From Gemmatimonadaceae bacterium (lineage in GTDB: Bacteria; Gemmatimonadota; Gemmatimonadetes; Gemmatimonadales; Gemmatimonadaceae): a stretch of 32,854 nucleotides of DNA. Numbering within the stretch: the stretch's first letter is position 1; each line of letters begins with the position of its first letter. The notes beneath the pieces were generated by a model. That model did not search any database and was not told where the DNA came from. It was given only the letters and a program-made list of their open reading frames with translations. The DNA is taken from contig JBGAJQ010000062.1 in NCBI GenBank assembly GCA_044224875.1, positions 1 to 32,854 of the forward strand. Direction: 5' to 3'. This document shows positions 18,065 to 25,690 of the stretch, piece by piece. The position numbers and the translations under genes were made by a program.

Positions 18065-19642
18065 ATGACCGCCGGGAAGTCTGCGCCGCGCATAGTATCC
18101 GGGTCCATCGGTGGAGGAGCACTGGCGAGGGCGGGAATGGCTGGCACGACGCCTCCCGGCTGGTTCACGCCAGCACCTCGGTCGGTGCGGGCATGGCGCG
18201 AGCGTGCCGAGGCAGTGCATGACGGCGGGCCAACCAATTGGCTTCGTGCGCTGTGGCCGGCCCTTGAACCCTCGGCTGCAGCGAAGGAACGCCTAACGAG
18301 TGCCGCCGATGGACGCGGTGTGGTGGTGACCACGGGGCAGCAGCCGGGGTTATTTGGAGGACCGCTCTACACCTGGGCCAAGGCCGTGACCGTGCGGGCC
18401 CTTGCCGATGCCTTGCAGGAGTCCTTGGGGATTCCGGTGGCGCCGATTTTCTGGGCCGCAACGGACGACTCCGACTTCGCCGAGGGAGCGGTCACGGTCG
18501 TGAACGTTCCCGGCGGCTGCCGAGAGTTGCGACTGACGACTGACGCACCGACTGGCACGAGCGTGAGTCATGTGCCGCTTGGCGATGTGGGAGAGCTCGT
18601 GGCTGCCTTGGCGGACGCATGCGGGTCGGGCACCGATCCCCGTGCCCTCGAAGCGATTGGACAAGCCTATCATCCGAAGGCAACCGTCGGCGGAGCGTAC
18701 CTGGCGCTGCTCCGGAGCCTGCTTGAGCCGTTAGGCATCGCAGTGCTCGATGCCGCGCACCCGGCCACGCGGGCGGCCGGCGACGACCTGTATCGGCGGG
18801 CGTTGATGCGGGCAGACCATGTCCATGCGGCGCTCATCGACCGCGGCGCGGAAATTCGATCGATGGGGTTCGAGCCGCAGGTGGCAGAGGTCGATGAGCT
18901 TTCGCTCGTGTTCGACCATCACGACGGCCGTCGTCAACGCATCCCGCGTCGCGCCGCGCACGATCGCGCACAGTCAGCGGAGCCGGGGACGTTGTCGCCG
19001 AACGTGCTGCTGCGACCGGTAGCGGAGCGTTGCATTCTGCCGACGGTGGCCTACGCCGCCGGCCCGGGAGAGTTTGCGTATTTTGCCCAGGTTAGCGCCG
19101 TCGCCAAGGCCTTGGACGCACCACCACCCGTGGCCGTCCCACGTTGGAGCACCACCATCGTCGAACCGCACATCGAACGCCTGCTCGCAAAGTATGAGCT
19201 GACGATAGACGACCTGGCGCACCCGCACGAGATCGCCAAGCGACTGTCGGAGCGGGCGATGCCGGGGGACGTGTCCGAATCGGTCCGGGCCATGCGCGAG
19301 CAGCTGCTGGCGTCCGCGCAGGCGCTCCGCGCTACCCTTCGTGACCACGGCGGCCTGGTGCCGGAGAACACGGTGGATGCCATCGAGCGCGCGGTGGGGT
19401 GGCGTCTCGACCGCTTCACCAGGCGCCTGCGAGCCGGCGTCCGCCGGCACGATTCAACGCTCGGCCGCGACCTGGGCACGTTAGGTGGCGCCTTGTATCC
19501 GAACGGCACCAGGCAGGAGCGTGCCCTCAACGTGGTGCCGCTTCTGGTGCGCCACGGGCTGCGACTGCTGGACGATATGTCCGAGGCCGCGGGGGCGCAC
19601 GCCCGGTCGCTCGTCCAGGGGCCCGGCGTTTCGGACGCGTGA
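18065..19642 (+). CDS. bshC: Bacillithiol biosynthesis cysteine-adding enzyme BshC
   Basis: VVTTGQQPGLFGGPLYT, PIFWAATDDSDFAE, SPNVLLRPV, AYAAGPGEFAYFAQ, LYPNGTRQERALN. ATG 18065 preferred over TTG 17987. Confidence 0.9.
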   Translation: MTAGKSAPRIVSGSIGGGALARAGMAGTTPPGWFTPAPRSVRAWRERAEAVHDGGPTNWLRALWPALEPSAAAKERLTSAADGRGVVVTTGQQPGLFGGPLYTWAKAVTVRALADALQESLGIPVAPIFWAATDDSDFAEGAVTVVNVPGGCRELRLTTDAPTGTSVSHVPLGDVGELVAALADACGSGTDPRALEAIGQAYHPKATVGGAYLALLRSLLEPLGIAVLDAAHPATRAAGDDLYRRALMRADHVHAALIDRGAEIRSMGFEPQVAEVDELSLVFDHHDGRRQRIPRRAAHDRAQSAEPGTLSPNVLLRPVAERCILPTVAYAAGPGEFAYFAQVSAVAKALDAPPPVAVPRWSTTIVEPHIERLLAKYELTIDDLAHPHEIAKRLSERAMPGDVSESVRAMREQLLASAQALRATLRDHGGLVPENTVDAIERAVGWRLDRFTRRLRAGVRRHDSTLGRDLGTLGGALYPNGTRQERALNVVPLLVRHGLRLLDDMSEAAGAHARSLVQGPGVSDA

Positions 19643-21225
19643 CCGCTCCACGCCCACGTTCGACGGGCCGCGGCGCGACGCTGGTCGCCGCTGGCATCCT
19701 CGTGAGCCGGCTTGTTGGTCTCGTCAGGCAGCGCGTGTTTGCACACTACTTTGGCGTGACCGACGTGGCGGACGCGTTCAACCAGGCCTTTCGCATCCCG
19801 AACCTCGTCCAAAACCTGTTTGGCGAAGGTGTCCTGTCGGCATCGTTCATTCCGGTCTATGCGTCGCTGTTGGCTCGGGGCGAAAACGAGGAGCGCCGCC
19901 GGGTGGCCAACGCGATCTTCGCCTTGCTGGCGATCGCGACCTCGGTGGTGGTGCTCGCGGGCGTGTTGTGCGCGCCGTGGCTCACGCAGGCGATCGCGCC
20001 GGGGTTCCACGGCGAGAAGTTGCTGCTGACGACGCAGCTGGTCCGCATCCTCTTCCCGGGCGCCGGGTTGTTCGTCCTCTCGGCGTGGGCGTTGGGGGTC
20101 CTGAACAGCCACGGTCGGTTCTTCCTGTCGTACGCCTCCGCGGTGTTCTGGAACATCGCGATGATCGCGACGATGCTCATGGCCGGCGGCAGTGGAACGC
20201 TTCCAGAGCTCGCGATCTGGCTGGCTTGGGGCTCCGTGGCGGGGGTGTTCCTGCAGCCTGCCATCGCGCAGCTGCCAGGCGTCGTGTCGTTGCTGGGTGG
20301 ATGGCGATTTGAGCTGGCGAGAGGATCCAAAGCCGTACGGACGGTCATCGGCAACTTTGGGCCGGCATTCGTGGGGCGCGGTGTCTCCCAGATCAGCGCG
20401 TTCGTGGATGCGATGATCGCCTCACTCTTGATAGACGGCGCCGTGGCCACGTTGAACTACGCACAGTTGCTCTACATGCTCCCGGTCAGCTTGTTCGGGA
20501 TGTCGATCTCGGCGGCGGAGCTTCCGGCGATGGCCGGCGACCGTGCGGCGAGCGACGACGGCAGTGCCGCGCTGCGTGCCAGGATCGAACGTTCGCTCGC
20601 CCGATTGGCGTTTTTTGTTGTTCCGTCTGCCGTCGCGTTTCTGACGTTAGGTGACATCCTCGCCGGCCTGCTCTACCGCACCGGCCGGTTCGGCGCCGCG
20701 GAAGCGCAGTGGGTCTGGTGGACGCTCGGAGGAAGTGCCGTCGGATTGGTGGCAGCAACATCCGGCCGGCTTCTCTCGTCCGCGTTCTACGCGATGCACG
20801 ATACGCGGACGCCGCTCCGCTGGGCGATTCTTCGCGTCGCCCTTACCGTTGGGCTGGGGCTCCTGTTCGCGCTCTGGTTGCCGCCTGTCCTTGGGCTGGA
20901 CCCACGTTGGGGTGTCGCGGGCCTCACGTCATCGGCCGGGATCGCGGCCTGGGTCGAATTCGCGTTGTTGCGCCGGTCCTTGCACCGTCGGATTGGCGGC
21001 TTCAGTCTGGCGCTCGCGCGCGTTCCAACGCTGTGGATGTGCGGCCTTGGCGCAGCGGGGCTGGCCTGGGTGGTGCGCCTAACGACGACTCACGTGCCGC
21101 CGTTCGCGCAAGGCACACTGGTCGTCGCCACCTACGGTGCCGGGTACCTTCTGGCGACGCACCTGCTGGGCTTCGAGATGACGCGTGCGTTGTGGCGCCG
21201 GCTTCCCGGGCGATCCGTGCCGTGA
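19639..21225 (+). CDS. murJ: Lipid II flippase MurJ (MviN)
   Basis: SRLVGLVR, ADAFNQAFRIPN, GEGVLSASFIP, multiple TM helices, AFYAMHDTRTP. GTG 19639 overlaps the bshC stop. Confidence 0.93.
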   Translation: MTAPRPRSTGRGATLVAAGILVSRLVGLVRQRVFAHYFGVTDVADAFNQAFRIPNLVQNLFGEGVLSASFIPVYASLLARGENEERRRVANAIFALLAIATSVVVLAGVLCAPWLTQAIAPGFHGEKLLLTTQLVRILFPGAGLFVLSAWALGVLNSHGRFFLSYASAVFWNIAMIATMLMAGGSGTLPELAIWLAWGSVAGVFLQPAIAQLPGVVSLLGGWRFELARGSKAVRTVIGNFGPAFVGRGVSQISAFVDAMIASLLIDGAVATLNYAQLLYMLPVSLFGMSISAAELPAMAGDRAASDDGSAALRARIERSLARLAFFVVPSAVAFLTLGDILAGLLYRTGRFGAAEAQWVWWTLGGSAVGLVAATSGRLLSSAFYAMHDTRTPLRWAILRVALTVGLGLLFALWLPPVLGLDPRWGVAGLTSSAGIAAWVEFALLRRSLHRRIGGFSLALARVPTLWMCGLGAAGLAWVVRLTTTHVPPFAQGTLVVATYGAGYLLATHLLGFEMTRALWRRLPGRSVP

Positions 21226-21237
21226 GACTTGGCACGG

Positions 21238-21246
21238 TGGTAAATT
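21238..21246 (+). promoter_or_regulatory. Extended -10 element upstream of uvrC (possible leaderless transcript)
   Basis: TGG-TAAATT (21238-21246), 6 nt before GTG 21253, no Shine-Dalgarno. Confidence 0.45.
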
Positions 21247-21252
21247 TCCGGG

Positions 21253-23184
21253 GTGTTCCCCGTCCCTGACGCCGTAGCTGCGAAACTACCCCACCTTCCA
21301 GAGTCGCCTGGCGTATACCTCTGGAAGAATGTCGACGGCGTGGTGCTTTACGTCGGCAAGGCGAAGCGCCTGCGCTCCCGTGTGCGCAGCTACTTCGGGA
21401 GCGACACGGCGCACTCCGTCAAGACCGTGGCTTTGGTCCGCCAGATTGCCGAACTCGACACCATCGTTGTGCCGTCAGAGGCTCACGCGTTGGTGCTCGA
21501 GAACAACCTGATCAAGGAGCATCGGCCACGATTCAACGTCACCCTGCGTGATGACAAGACGTATCCGTATGTGAAGGTGACGGTGCAGGAGGCCTTTCCT
21601 CGCGTGCAAGTGACCAGACGCCTGGTGAACGACGGCGCGCGGTATTTCGGTCCCTACACGGACGTGGGAGCGATGCGTCGCGCGCTCAACGTCGTGAAGC
21701 GGATCTTCACCGTGCGTTCCTGCAACTATCACCTGCCGGATGACGCGCCGGAGCGTCCCTGTCTGGACTATCACATTGGGCGCTGCAAGGCGCCGTGCGT
21801 CATGCTTCAGACCATGGCCGACTATCGGACCATGATCGACGAGGTCACGCTCTTTCTCGACGGTCGGGCGGATGAAGTCGTGCGTCGTGTGAAACAGCGC
21901 ATGCAGGCCGCCGCCGACAGCCTCGACTTCGAGCGTGCGAGTGAGCTCCGCGACGCCCTGCGTCACCTCGAGCGGATGGAAGAGCCGACCGTGGTCCTCC
22001 AGGTGGAGGGCGGAGACAAGGACGTCGTCGGTTTCGCGCGCGACGGCGATGACGCGTGCGTGACCATCCTCCGGATTCGGGAAGGAAAGCTGCTGGCGCG
22101 CGACCAGCGCTTCCTGGAACACGTGGAAGGGGAGCAGGACGCCGGCATCTTGTCGGCGTTCTTGGGCGGGTCGTACTTGCAGAGCACCGAGCGCGCCAGC
22201 GAATTGCTCGTGCCGCTGGACTTCGAAGATCGCCCATTGCTGGAAGAGTCGTTAGGTCGGACGCGAATCCTCATTCCCCAGCGCGGTCCCAAACGCGAGC
22301 TGATCGACCTCGCCGAACAGAATGCTCGGCACTTGCTGGAAGAGTTCAAGCTGTCGGCCTTGGAGGCGGAGGAGCGAGCCGCCAGCCCCGTGTACGAGCT
22401 CCAACGCGAATTGGGCATGGCCAAGCTCCCGCGCAGTTTAGTTTGCTTTGACATCTCAACGACGCAGGGGACCGACACGGTTGGCTCCTGCATCTGGTTC
22501 GACAATGCGCGCCCGCGTCGCGCTGAGTACCGCAAGTTCAAGGTCAAGACAGTCACCGGTACCGATGACTTCGCGTCCATGCACGAGGTGGTTACCCGGT
22601 ATTTCTCCCGACGGCGAGATGAAGGGAAGCCGATGCCGGATCTCGTCGTCATCGACGGCGGAAAGGGGCAGTTGCATGCCGCACAAGACGCCCTCTCGGC
22701 GCTTGGATTGCAGGAGCTTGCGCTGATCAGCTTGGCGAAGAAGGAGGAGGAGGTTTTTGTGCCTGGCCGAGCAGAGTCGGTGAGAATTCCCCGGCGGTCG
22801 CCAGCCCTGCGCTTGTTGCAGCAAGCGCGCGACGAGGCGCATCGATTCGCGGTGACGTACAACCGCGCCCGCCGCACCATGCGAACGATCACGTCGGAGT
22901 TGCTGAAGATTCCCGGCATCGGTCCCAAGAAGCGCGGCGCCTTGTTGCAGGCCTTTGGGAGTCTCGAGCGCATTCGTCAGGCCGCGCCGGCGGAGATTGC
23001 GGCGGTGCCGGGGTTTTCCCTGTCGTCCGCGACAAGACTGCTCTCGGCGCTGGGCGTTCAACTGTCTGCCGAGACCACAGTGGAATTGCAGCCGTCTGCC
23101 GAGACCAGTGCACTGGAAGTGCATCCGCCGCCGGAGGCGACGTCGGCAACCGATCAGCCGGACCCGTTGCCAACGGAGACCTAA
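21253..23184 (+). CDS. uvrC: Excinuclease ABC subunit UvrC
   Basis: GIY-YIG (PGVYLW...LYVGKAKRLRSRVRSYF), Cys-rich region, UVR motif, RNase H-like domain (CFDIS, DDFASM, IDGGKGQ), HhH (IPGIGPK). Confidence 0.96.
   Translation: MFPVPDAVAAKLPHLPESPGVYLWKNVDGVVLYVGKAKRLRSRVRSYFGSDTAHSVKTVALVRQIAELDTIVVPSEAHALVLENNLIKEHRPRFNVTLRDDKTYPYVKVTVQEAFPRVQVTRRLVNDGARYFGPYTDVGAMRRALNVVKRIFTVRSCNYHLPDDAPERPCLDYHIGRCKAPCVMLQTMADYRTMIDEVTLFLDGRADEVVRRVKQRMQAAADSLDFERASELRDALRHLERMEEPTVVLQVEGGDKDVVGFARDGDDACVTILRIREGKLLARDQRFLEHVEGEQDAGILSAFLGGSYLQSTERASELLVPLDFEDRPLLEESLGRTRILIPQRGPKRELIDLAEQNARHLLEEFKLSALEAEERAASPVYELQRELGMAKLPRSLVCFDISTTQGTDTVGSCIWFDNARPRRAEYRKFKVKTVTGTDDFASMHEVVTRYFSRRRDEGKPMPDLVVIDGGKGQLHAAQDALSALGLQELALISLAKKEEEVFVPGRAESVRIPRRSPALRLLQQARDEAHRFAVTYNRARRTMRTITSELLKIPGIGPKKRGALLQAFGSLERIRQAAPAEIAAVPGFSLSSATRLLSALGVQLSAETTVELQPSAETSALEVHPPPEATSATDQPDPLPTET
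23064..23107 (+). repeat. 30-bp-period tandem duplication in the UvrC C-terminal tail
   Basis: GTCTGCCGAGACCA at 23064-23077 and 23094-23107; encodes QLSAETTVEL / QPSAETSALEV. Confidence 0.8.
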
Positions 23185-23194
23185 CGAGTATGTT
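23167..23194 (+). promoter_or_regulatory. Possible sigma70 promoter for the thrC-like gene
   Basis: TTGCCA (23167-23172) - 16 nt - TATGTT (23189-23194). Confidence 0.3.
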
Positions 23195-23246
23195 CTTCGC
23201 ACGAGCCTGACGCACCTCGTGCCCTGACACTCCCTTTCAAACGTTC

Positions 23247-24401
23247 ATGACCTTGAACGATTGGCACCTCACCTGTTCCATCTGCGGCGGTCGGGAAGCG
23301 ATTGACGCACCAGTGGGGCTCTGTCCCGCGTGCAACGCGCCGTACCTCGCACGATATGACGGTCCCGCGCCCTCCCGCGACGCGATCGAGACAGGGCGGT
23401 GGGACATGTGGCGCTACTCGGCGGCGATGCCGATGGGCGCCGATGAGTTTCCACTGACCCTTGGCGAGGGGTGCACACCTTTGATCGAATCGCCGGCGCT
23501 CGCCCGACTGGTTGGCGTGCGCAAGCTCTGGATCAAGGACGAGGGCGTGAATCCCACCGCGTCGTTCAAGGCGCGTGGTTTGGCGGCTGCGGTCATGCGC
23601 GCGCGTGCGAGGGGCGTGAAAGGCCTCGTCGTTCCCACGGCTGGAAACGCTGGCGCGGCACTCGCGGCATATGGCGCCGCGGCCGGCGTTCCTGTTCGCG
23701 TCTACGCACCGGAAACAACCCCACGGCCCATCCTCGACACGATACGGGCCATGAGCGTAGAGCTGGTGACGATTCCTGGTCACATTGGAGATGCGGGTCG
23801 GATGTCCCTCGCTTTCGCCACGGAGTCTGGCTACTTCAATGTCGCCACGCTCCGAGAGCCGTTTCGCGTCGAGGGCAACAAGACGCTCGGGCTCGAACTC
23901 GCCGAACAGATGGATTGGCGCCTGCCGGATGTGCTCGTGTATCCAACGGGCGGCGGGGAGGGGGTCGTCGGGATCTGGAAGGCGTTTGCTGAAATGCAGG
24001 AATGGGGTTGGCTGCCTCGGGAGGTGCGTCTCCCGCGGATCATTGTGGCTCAAACGACCGGTTGCGCCCCCTTGGTTCGTGCCTTCAAGGAAGGCGCGGA
24101 AAAGGCGACGCCGTGGGAAAATCCCACGACGCATGCGGCGGGTCTCCGCGTTCCTGGCCCGTTGGGTGACCGGCTGGTCCTGCGGGCCATCCGTGAGAGC
24201 GGTGGCGACGCTGGCGCTGCGGACGAGGACACGATACGCGAATTTACGCGCCGTGTCGCTGGGGCGACCGGTGTCGACGCGTCTCCAGAAGGAGGCTGTG
24301 CTGTAGCCGTCACAGCTCAGCTGGTACGAAGCGGAAGCATCCGTGCCGGGGACGAAGTCGTGGTATACAACACGGGCGCGGGGGCGTCGTACCGGCAGTA
24401 A
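23247..24401 (+). CDS. thrC: Threonine synthase-like PLP enzyme (fold type II) with N-terminal Zn ribbon
   Basis: CSIC...CPAC, TLGEGCTPL, KDEGVNPTASFKARG (PLP lysine), TAGNAG, EGNKTLGLE, YPTGGG. Confidence 0.8.
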   Translation: MTLNDWHLTCSICGGREAIDAPVGLCPACNAPYLARYDGPAPSRDAIETGRWDMWRYSAAMPMGADEFPLTLGEGCTPLIESPALARLVGVRKLWIKDEGVNPTASFKARGLAAAVMRARARGVKGLVVPTAGNAGAALAAYGAAAGVPVRVYAPETTPRPILDTIRAMSVELVTIPGHIGDAGRMSLAFATESGYFNVATLREPFRVEGNKTLGLELAEQMDWRLPDVLVYPTGGGEGVVGIWKAFAEMQEWGWLPREVRLPRIIVAQTTGCAPLVRAFKEGAEKATPWENPTTHAAGLRVPGPLGDRLVLRAIRESGGDAGAADEDTIREFTRRVAGATGVDASPEGGCAVAVTAQLVRSGSIRAGDEVVVYNTGAGASYRQ

Positions 24402-24457
24402 CGCACCGCGATTCTCGACTAGCCTCAACTGCCCCGTCCGCAGTAGTTTACCACGCT

Positions 24458-25630
24458 GTGCGTGTCGCGATTCTTGAACCATTCAGCGGCATTTCGGGTG
24501 ACATGACACTCGGTGCGCTGATAGACGTGGGCCTCGATCCTGACTGGCTGCGCGGATTGCCGGCGCGCCTGGGTTTGGACGGAGTCGGCGTGCGGATTGA
24601 ACGCGTCCGTCGCGCGGATATTTCGGCGTGGAAGGTGGACTTCGATATTCCACCACAGCCGCACGGACGCCACCTCAAGCAAATCCGTGAGATCGTTCAA
24701 CGTTCGCCGGCGCCTGACTCGGTGAAGGCCAAGGCCGACGACGCATTCACGGCGATAGCGACCGTCGAAGCGCAGATTCATGGCGTTTCGGTGGAGCGCG
24801 TTCACTTGCACGAGGTTGGGGCCGTGGACGCGATCCTCGACATCGTCGGCGCGATCTGGGGGCTGAGCGAACTGGGTGTTTCGCGTGTCTACTGTTCCAC
24901 CATTTCCTTGGGCGATGGCTTCGTGGACGCGGCACACGGACGCCTGCCAGTCCCAGCGCCTGCCACGTTGCGGCTGCTGGAAGGGCACGTCGTCCGGCCC
25001 GGACCCGCGGGCTCCGGCGAGTTGGTGACACCAACGGGCGCCGCCTTGGTGCGTGTGCTCTCGGCAGGCGCGCCACCGCCAGCTTACACTCCCGTCTCGA
25101 GCGGGTACGGCGCTGGCACGAAGGAATTCGTGGGGCGAGCCAACGCGCTGCGGATCACCATCGCCGATGAAGTCGCGTCGAAGGATTCAGGGGTCGAGAC
25201 GCTGATCGTGCTGGCGACCGATATCGATGATATGACCCCCGAGTTGGTTGCGGGCGCAGCCGAGGCGCTACGTCAGGCGGGCGCGCTCGATGTGGTGCTC
25301 ACGACGACGCAGATGAAAAAGGGCCGGGTGGGGACAAGGATTGAGGTACTGGCCGCGCCTGACGATATCGCCCGGTTGGAAGGCGTGTTGTTCGCACAGA
25401 CGACCACACTCGGCGTTAGGCGGTCAGTTGTCGAGCGACGGGCGCTGCCTCGCGCGGCGTCGACGGTGCGAGTGTTGGGTCATGATGTCCGCATGAAGAT
25501 CGCGGCGCTGCCAGACGGTGGGCGGCGCGTGAAGCCGGAATTCGACGATGTTTGGGCCGTGTCGACCGCGACGGGCCGCTCGCTCGGTGACGTGACGTCA
25601 CTGGCGCTGGCGGCTGCGGAACGCGAGTAG
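24458..25630 (+). CDS. larC: Nickel-pincer cofactor biosynthesis protein LarC (DUF111)
   Basis: SGISGDMTLGAL, VHLHEVGAVDAILDIVG, AHGRLPVPAPATL, ELVTPTGAAL, IDDMTPE, MKKGR, TTTLGVR, KPEFDD. Confidence 0.9.
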   Translation: MRVAILEPFSGISGDMTLGALIDVGLDPDWLRGLPARLGLDGVGVRIERVRRADISAWKVDFDIPPQPHGRHLKQIREIVQRSPAPDSVKAKADDAFTAIATVEAQIHGVSVERVHLHEVGAVDAILDIVGAIWGLSELGVSRVYCSTISLGDGFVDAAHGRLPVPAPATLRLLEGHVVRPGPAGSGELVTPTGAALVRVLSAGAPPPAYTPVSSGYGAGTKEFVGRANALRITIADEVASKDSGVETLIVLATDIDDMTPELVAGAAEALRQAGALDVVLTTTQMKKGRVGTRIEVLAAPDDIARLEGVLFAQTTTLGVRRSVVERRALPRAASTVRVLGHDVRMKIAALPDGGRRVKPEFDDVWAVSTATGRSLGDVTSLALAAAERE

Positions 25631-25690
25631 ACCTTGCAGGTACTACCACCGCGCGCGAAAGCCGCGCCGCATTCACCAGGAGAAAGAGGA

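Noticed and set aside
16663..18333. 556-aa minus-strand ORF antisense to gdh/rlmH/bshC, and other long antisense ORFs (12173-13405, 19051-20112, 21963-22973, 23181-24482)
   Set aside because: No recognisable motifs, and they overlap well-supported + strand genes almost entirely. Long shadow ORFs are expected from GC-rich codon bias.
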